From contig JBHGNT010000005.1 in assembly GCA_043228905.1 (NCBI GenBank), forward strand, positions 5,580,001-5,644,000: DNA of 64,000 nucleotides, written 5' to 3'. This document shows, piece after piece, positions 57,560-64,000 of the stretch. The first letter of the stretch is position 1; each line of letters opens with the position of its first letter. The position numbers and the translations under genes are program-made. The notes beneath the pieces were generated by a model, which worked only from the letters and a program-made list of their open reading frames with translations, had not been told where the DNA came from and searched no databases. Source of the DNA: Azolla caroliniana (lineage: Eukaryota > Plantae > Polypodiophyta).

Positions 57560-59275
57560 TCATCCCCTAAAGAGTCCCCATAGCTTGCCATGTTCAAGCC
57601 TCTCCAATAGCTTCTTTGCTCCGAATGTCTCCGATGATGTCTCGGCCAATTTCACGAGATATCGGCAAGCTCCCGCTTCGATCATCTCCTTCCGGCACTT
57701 CTTCTTGCCGACCAACCACCCAAGGGCACATACCGGAAACTTCTTATCGATGCTCTCGTTGCTCGGGTCAAGAAGAAGCACCATCTTTTGTATGCTCCTC
57801 TCCTCACCGCAAAAGGCCCTCCGGTTGGAGCCGACCGAGAGGAGGCCCGAGACCGCGCGGGCCGCGAGCTCCTGGGTCGTGCTCGTCTTGCCATCAAGCA
57901 TCCTCACGAGGGGAGGTATGCAGCCCGCCTCGCCCAACACGCGCGCCAATTCTATGGACTTGGCGAGATGGCAGACGGCCGAGGCCGCAAGCACTTGCTC
58001 CGTGAGGAGGCCGCTCCCGAGGGCTCTCACGAGCCGGGGTAGGAAGCCCGCGGCCAGCAAGAGTTCCACATTGGCCGTGGATGAGGCGAGGTTCGTCAAG
58101 GCTCCCATGGCCACTTCTTTGCCCTTGGGGGATTGGACATTGTCATAGTACATGAGAAGGGCGGGCGTGGCTCCTTCTTGGATGGCCGCCTGCCGAATGG
58201 GCTCATCTGAGGAGCACAAGAGTTGGATCCCCTCGCACGCGCACTCTTGTGCGAGAGGGGTTCCCGAGTTCACGAGCCCGACCAGCACGGGCACAGCACC
58301 CTCATCGGCTAGGGCTCTCCTGAACTCCGGTGATGAGCACGCGAGGTTCCGGATGACCCCGGACGCGGCTGATCGTGCCACGGGAGTCCCGGTCCGGCAT
58401 ATCTCGAGCAATGCCGGGACGCCACCATGGGCGAACACGGCGCGGACATTCTCGGGCCTAGAAGTGAGGTTGCCGAGGGCCGATGCCGCCTTCTCCTTCG
58501 CGTGGGGGCTACTAGTACCGGACTCTAGACCCCGGACGAGGGGTGCGAACACGCCCTCGGACACGAGGAGCTTCTCGCAGCTCTCGACTTCGGAGAGCCG
58601 ATGGATAGCGCTCAAAGCCTTCTCCCGGATCATCGGGGCCGCCATGGCTCCCGAGGCATTGAGCATGTGAACTAGGGCTTGGACACCGCCTTCTTTGGCG
58701 ACCACGAGCACATTCTTGTCATCTTCATCCATGAGCAGAGCCAGGCCGTCCATGGCCTTGTACTTGGATTCGGGGCAGCCCATCTCGAGGCGGGCAAGTA
58801 GATCCTTCACATTCCATCTCACGCTCTCCCTCGCAGCCAATCCCCCCGCCTGCGCCGAATCCTTCATCATTTTGGTCCTCAGAAGGAGCTGGCATTCCTG
58901 CAGATGCATCTCTAGCTTCATGGACAGGCCATCCAAGCTGCTCTGCATCTGGAGCTTCCCTCCGAATGCTTCTTCTTCCAGGCATCGTTCTGACAGATCC
59001 CGTGTTTCAACCAGGCTCTTCACCATGCTCAGCAGAAGCTCGTTGCAGGTGGAGACGTTATTATTGATCGTAGTTGTGGTGGTGGTGGAAGAAACGTAGC
59101 TCTTCTCCAGCTCCATGATGTGATGTGGGAATTGGTCTAATCTCTTCCTGATGGCTCCCCATCTGCTGCTAAATACCTTCACCATCGCCGCTTCCGGAAT
59201 GGCCAAATCCACCAAATCCCTCACATGCTTCAGCAGCTCGGATGTGGTTTTACATCCTGATACCAATTCCATCAT
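57560..59275 (-). CDS. Armadillo-repeat protein (plant VAC8-like family with N-terminal helical domain), 571 aa, no CDS intron
   Basis: N-terminal VKVFSSRWGAIRKRL..GGKLQMQSSLD, repeated GGVPALL/GAVPVLV ARM motifs, C-terminal GAKKLLERLEHGKLWGLF; first in-frame ATG at 59275. Confidence 0.9.
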   Translation of the reverse strand: MMELVSGCKTTSELLKHVRDLVDLAIPEAAMVKVFSSRWGAIRKRLDQFPHHIMELEKSYVSSTTTTTTINNNVSTCNELLLSMVKSLVETRDLSERCLEEEAFGGKLQMQSSLDGLSMKLEMHLQECQLLLRTKMMKDSAQAGGLAARESVRWNVKDLLARLEMGCPESKYKAMDGLALLMDEDDKNVLVVAKEGGVQALVHMLNASGAMAAPMIREKALSAIHRLSEVESCEKLLVSEGVFAPLVRGLESGTSSPHAKEKAASALGNLTSRPENVRAVFAHGGVPALLEICRTGTPVARSAASGVIRNLACSSPEFRRALADEGAVPVLVGLVNSGTPLAQECACEGIQLLCSSDEPIRQAAIQEGATPALLMYYDNVQSPKGKEVAMGALTNLASSTANVELLLAAGFLPRLVRALGSGLLTEQVLAASAVCHLAKSIELARVLGEAGCIPPLVRMLDGKTSTTQELAARAVSGLLSVGSNRRAFCGEERSIQKMVLLLDPSNESIDKKFPVCALGWLVGKKKCRKEMIEAGACRYLVKLAETSSETFGAKKLLERLEHGKLWGLFRG

Positions 59276-59742
59276 ACCACAATTGATGACCAAATGTGTG
59301 ACTTACAGTGATTGAATCAGTAGAGCGTGAGCAACCTTAATCTTCTTCCAAGATTTTTTTGTTTTTTTAAGTGCTCACATTTCTTTTAACAAGAATCATG
59401 AACCTTTTTTCCAATTCCATCTTCCTGATTCCCACTGGACTCGGGAGATGAACCTGTACAGTGAAATTGAAGCATGTTTTGGGTCGAATTTTAACAAACA
59501 AGAGTTAGAATGAGAGGGTAAAATCTGACAGAATGATTATGGTGTAGAATAAACACCGTTTGTTTGCAGAGAAAACTGTTAAGAAACACACAGGGAGCAG
59601 AGAATTAAGGTTTCTGTTCTGTGCTCCGAGTGTGAGTGTGTAGGTATGTAGGTATGGTGAGCTCGGTAGGTAGGTCTCCTTCTTCTCTTAATATTCAGAC
59701 AGTGAAACAGATCATAGTTTTTGATTATTCTTACTCGTAAGG

Positions 59743-59779
<37 letters not shown>

Positions 59780-59994
59780 CAAAAAAACTGAGATTACACA
59801 GAGAGAAATCCCTGTTTTTTGGTTATCTGTAGTGCAAACTGAGGAGAAGCAAAAAGAAGAAGAAGAAGAAGAAGAAGAACAGAGAAAGAAAGATGTCTAA
59901 AAAGTTAAAAACACAAAAAGGAAGAAAACTGATATTAATTAATATGTATGTTCCAGTTAATTACAGATATATCGCACCCAACCCTCCAACTTGC

Positions 59995-60274
59995 TATACA
60001 TATATGATTATATGAATATCTATGTATGTATGTATGCATGTATACATGTATGTATGGATATGTATGGGAGTATGCATGCATGCATGTATGTATGTATGTA
60101 TGTAAGTATGCATGTATGCATGTATGTATGGATATGTATGGAAGTATGATTGCATGCATGTATGTATGTATGTATGTATGTATGTATGTATGTATGTATG
60201 TATGTATGTATGTATGTATGTATGTATGTGTGTGTATGTATGTGTGTGTGTGTGTATGTATGGATATGTATGGG

Positions 60275-60305
<31 letters not shown>

Positions 60306-60460
60306 TGCTATATATGTATGGATGAATGTATGTATGTATGGATATATATGGGAGTATGCATGAATATTTGTATATATGTATGTATGTGTATACGTACGTA
60401 CATATGTAGGTATGTATGTATGTATGTATGTACGTACGTACGTATGTAATGTAATGTATG
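59995..60460 (-). repeat. Compound (CATA)n/(TATG)n microsatellite upstream of the ARM gene
   Basis: Read directly. Confidence 0.9.
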
Positions 60461-63400
60461 TGGAAATATGTTGTCGAGCTATCATGTCCTCTATCTATGT
60501 GACATGATCACCATCTCAAGAGTTCGACCTCTCGATTGGCATCGACACTCTTAAGCCTTTGCCTGCTCTAAAAGCTCCCATGGGCTTCACATCAAAACAG
60601 TTGAAAACTAAGCATCGTACATACGCACACGCACATGCACATTCCTAAGTCTTTCGTGATAAGAGATGACACATTCCTAAGATGTTTGTAATACGAAATT
60701 ACACGTTTTGTCTTCCTTTTCAATCTTGTTATATCGAGATAATGCATCACAATTGTCTAGAGCTAGTATAGTGGATCAAACTCTGATTGTGAAGATCCGC
60801 TTGGGTTGCTGCATTGCCTCTCTGAATGGAGCAATTGAGTCTATTGTTTTGAGTAGATAGATAGAAATGTTATTATTAAGTGTTTTTAAGGACGAAAATG
60901 TTTTGTAAAGTTAGGGGAGCATACTTTTTATTAGAATTTGTGGATGTTGTAATGTGTTTTTGACTCAATGTTTTTCTCTTGTTGCCCTTTCAAGTTTCTA
61001 GGATAAATAACTAAAGAAATCATAGGCAATGGATGCATCACATATTGTTATGCACAAAATGACTTATTTAACCCCTCCTTGATTAGGCAAAGCGGATATA
61101 ACCCCAAGTTTCAGAAGTGGCATTTGAGACTTCTGTAAGGCATTTCTCACGAGTGAAGGGATGTGCTTCTTCACTTTTCTTGAATGCCAACTAAGTAATG
61201 AGCAAGCCCTATGGGAAATTGCTAGGCCTAGAACCCCACCTAAAGTCTCATCTTTGAAAATATTGCATTGAAATAAGGATCAAAATTTAGAAGTTCATTT
61301 CTCTATTTATTTATTTATTTTCCAAAAAGTTCATTTCTCTATTAGTAAATGAGACAAACACCTTGAGTAAATAGTGGCATTATTCAACATATAATAAAAT
61401 GAATCAATATTAACTCATTTTTATAATGATGAATGCTTTCATCTCTCTCCTTCTCCTTTTGTCTCACTCTTCATACATGCATTTCTTTGAGTTTTTTTAT
61501 ATGGCTAAAAACCATTCTATATTACTTTCAACCCCTCTGAACACAATAGTGAGGGCCCTAGGTGTGGACAATCAACAATTCTTCATGAGTGAGGGATATC
61601 TCAAGCAAGTCTGAAAATGAGTTGGTGAGAATTAAGTACATTTCTTAAAATGCTAGAAATCCCAAGGATCGTAAATCATTTTCTATATCAACGAAGGATG
61701 CGACAACTTGATGGTGACTTATGACATTTTACCTTGATTTGAGACGTTATTCGAGGCTAATTCTTGAGAATATTATCAGAGTTTGCAAACTTATATAACC
61801 TTGAAAGTTGCTTCGAAGGCCTCATAAAGTGTGATGAACATGAGTGTGGTCCCATAAGACAAAACCATTGATTGTGGAAGATGTGGGGGTGACTAACTTC
61901 TTGAGATTGTACAAAATTATGTCATGTGGAGAAGCAATGAAAGTGATTTAGAAAGCCGTTTCGATGAAAAGTATGGTCACGATAGCGTGATTGTTTGCAC
62001 TTTTTTTTGTTGAGCAACTGTCTAAATCTTAATGGCTGTTTTCACACATGAACATTGGCTTTTCTTTTCGTTTATCTCACATGAAGTTGATAACCAACAT
62101 GCTGTGCACATCAAACTTGACTAAACACAAAAGCGCACACACACCAATCTTAATGAAACCATTTTGTTCATCTACGTCCATAGTTCAAAGGGTCAATGAT
62201 TTTTATTAGCTTTTAAACTTGAACCTCAATGTTTTTTTCTCGCTCATTTATCACCATGGTTGTAATTTTAGAGTAATCCACAAAATAATCCAAAGTGACC
62301 TCTGGTAAAATAAAAAAATGCACAAGAAAAGTATATTACTTGACAACATTACTTAGCTCTGGCAATGACACCATATCCCATGTCACAAATACAAGAAGAA
62401 ACAATATGTTTGTCTTGTATGCAAGATGCTAAAACATATGCTAGTAAGTCTTACTAAAGGTTTGGTTTTTTATAGATTGCACTTCATGAATGTAACCTTT
62501 TGACATTTTTAGCCTTATCCACCAACATAGAGACTTAGATGTTAACATACATTTCTCAAGGGTACCTATTTGGTCGAGGATCTAGTCTTATTTACCATTC
62601 AAATAAGGGAGTGCATGAGGTATGGAATCAACCCCATAACAGTCAGGTAACAACTTGTTTGTTGTTTCCTCATTCAACAACATTAACCATTTCTAAACAT
62701 TTATGGGATAAAGTAATTGAATCTATGCATAAGTTTTATTACGTGTATGTTTCAAATCTAAGGCAAATCATGCATGCGAAGCTAGGTGATTTCAAATTTA
62801 CATTGTTTCATCACTACATGAATGAACTGACATATCCTTACTTAAGGTAAAAAAGAACAACATTGCCCTTAAAGGAGAATGTGAAACCATTGGACTTATA
62901 TAGTCATTAGAAAGTGTAACTAAAACCCTATTTAGTGAAGGGCTATGCATAGAGCCTTAAAGACTGCAAGCTCAATCTAAATCAATGTTTCTAACCATAT
63001 GCTTGTTGTAAAATATTCATGTATTACTTTGGACAATCAAATCAACATGCGCATACCTTACTTTCCATAAGTATAGTTAACTGTAATAATTTCTTTCGAA
63101 ACAATGGCTTACAACAACCCAAAGGTGGAAAACTACAACTAGAAGGCATTGTGAACAAATTGTATTATATGGTGCAAAAGAAACAACCAAATAATAAACA
63201 ACTTTATTTCTGCAAAACTTTGTGCAAAAGTTCCTTGGGATGCTAAAGATGCTTCCAAATATAATCAATGGGATGAGAATTATCTCCATGTGTGTGTGTG
63301 TGAGAGATTATCAACGTTTATTAGAGATTGATTATTATCTATGGGATGGGATCGAGCAAATTGCAAGGATTGACTTGGTCTTTTTCAATTTTAGTTCAAT

Positions 63401-64000
63401 ACACAAATGTTTATTGTAGTTTAGGAGAAAAGATATATGCAATAGCAAAGATTTTAACATATAAGTTATAACCTTGAACATTCCCTAATAGCTTCTTGGT
63501 ACGGTAAGCCCATTACGAGAAAATTTCAATGAGACCAAAGACGTAAACATGTGCAATTGAGCAGGATAGGGGTGAGATTCAAAGGTGCAAATATATGAAC
63601 ATATACATACAAGAAGGAAAATGATATTGAAGTTGGTAGATTTAACTACTAGATGTAATGTTACGTTCACTCTAAAGTTTAAACATGTATATATTTACTT
63701 TGATAATAACATATTAAATTTTTTCCTTTGATACCAATTTTTTCCTTAGTCTTAAAACTATTGATTTAAAGTTTAAACAACCGAAGAACTTTATTTTGAA
63801 TGCCAAGTAAATGAAAACATGATGCGAAAGAAACAATTGAAATATTATCAACATCTTTACTTGAAAGACGCTATGAGCACAAGATCATTAGGAGCATTAC
63901 AAGATATTTCACAACTTACAATATATAATATGTTTCTAGATGTTACATGCCAAGACCTAGATGATGAAGTTCAATATCTTAACAATCTAGTCCCATGATG

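Noticed and set aside
57474-59099. Plus-strand ORFs opposite the ARM gene
   Set aside because: Antisense shadows of a GC-rich CDS
59453-59734. Possible 5' UTR intron of the ARM gene (GTAAG at 59734, CAG near 59454)
   Set aside because: Plausible splice signals, but not supportable without transcripts

Overview
Eukaryotic land-plant genomic DNA; the TE content suggests a fern or other non-seed plant (inference). Two convergent host genes flank the window: a two-exon PXC3-like LRR receptor kinase (+, 1266-4620) and a single-CDS-exon ARM-repeat protein (-, 57560-59275). There are also two identical tRNA-Ala(TGC) genes. About 50 kb between the genes is a nested TE graveyard. It contains a degenerate Tcn1-like chromovirus with an intact Ty1/copia inside it, L1 and RTEX-like LINE remnants, and a hAT MITE. 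The most unusual component is a young, GC/CpG-rich, non-chromoviral Ty3/gypsy family, present as two full-length inverted copies, a solo LTR and two truncated copies. It has a tRNA-Trp PBS, 4-bp target sites always centred on CpG, and a D-H-G protease motif. Its gag-PR and RT-RH-IN ORFs are joined by a predicted -1 ribosomal frameshift at G_GAT_TTT_TAG followed by a conserved stem-loop/pseudoknot. All calls were made by eye; no searches or folding programs were run.
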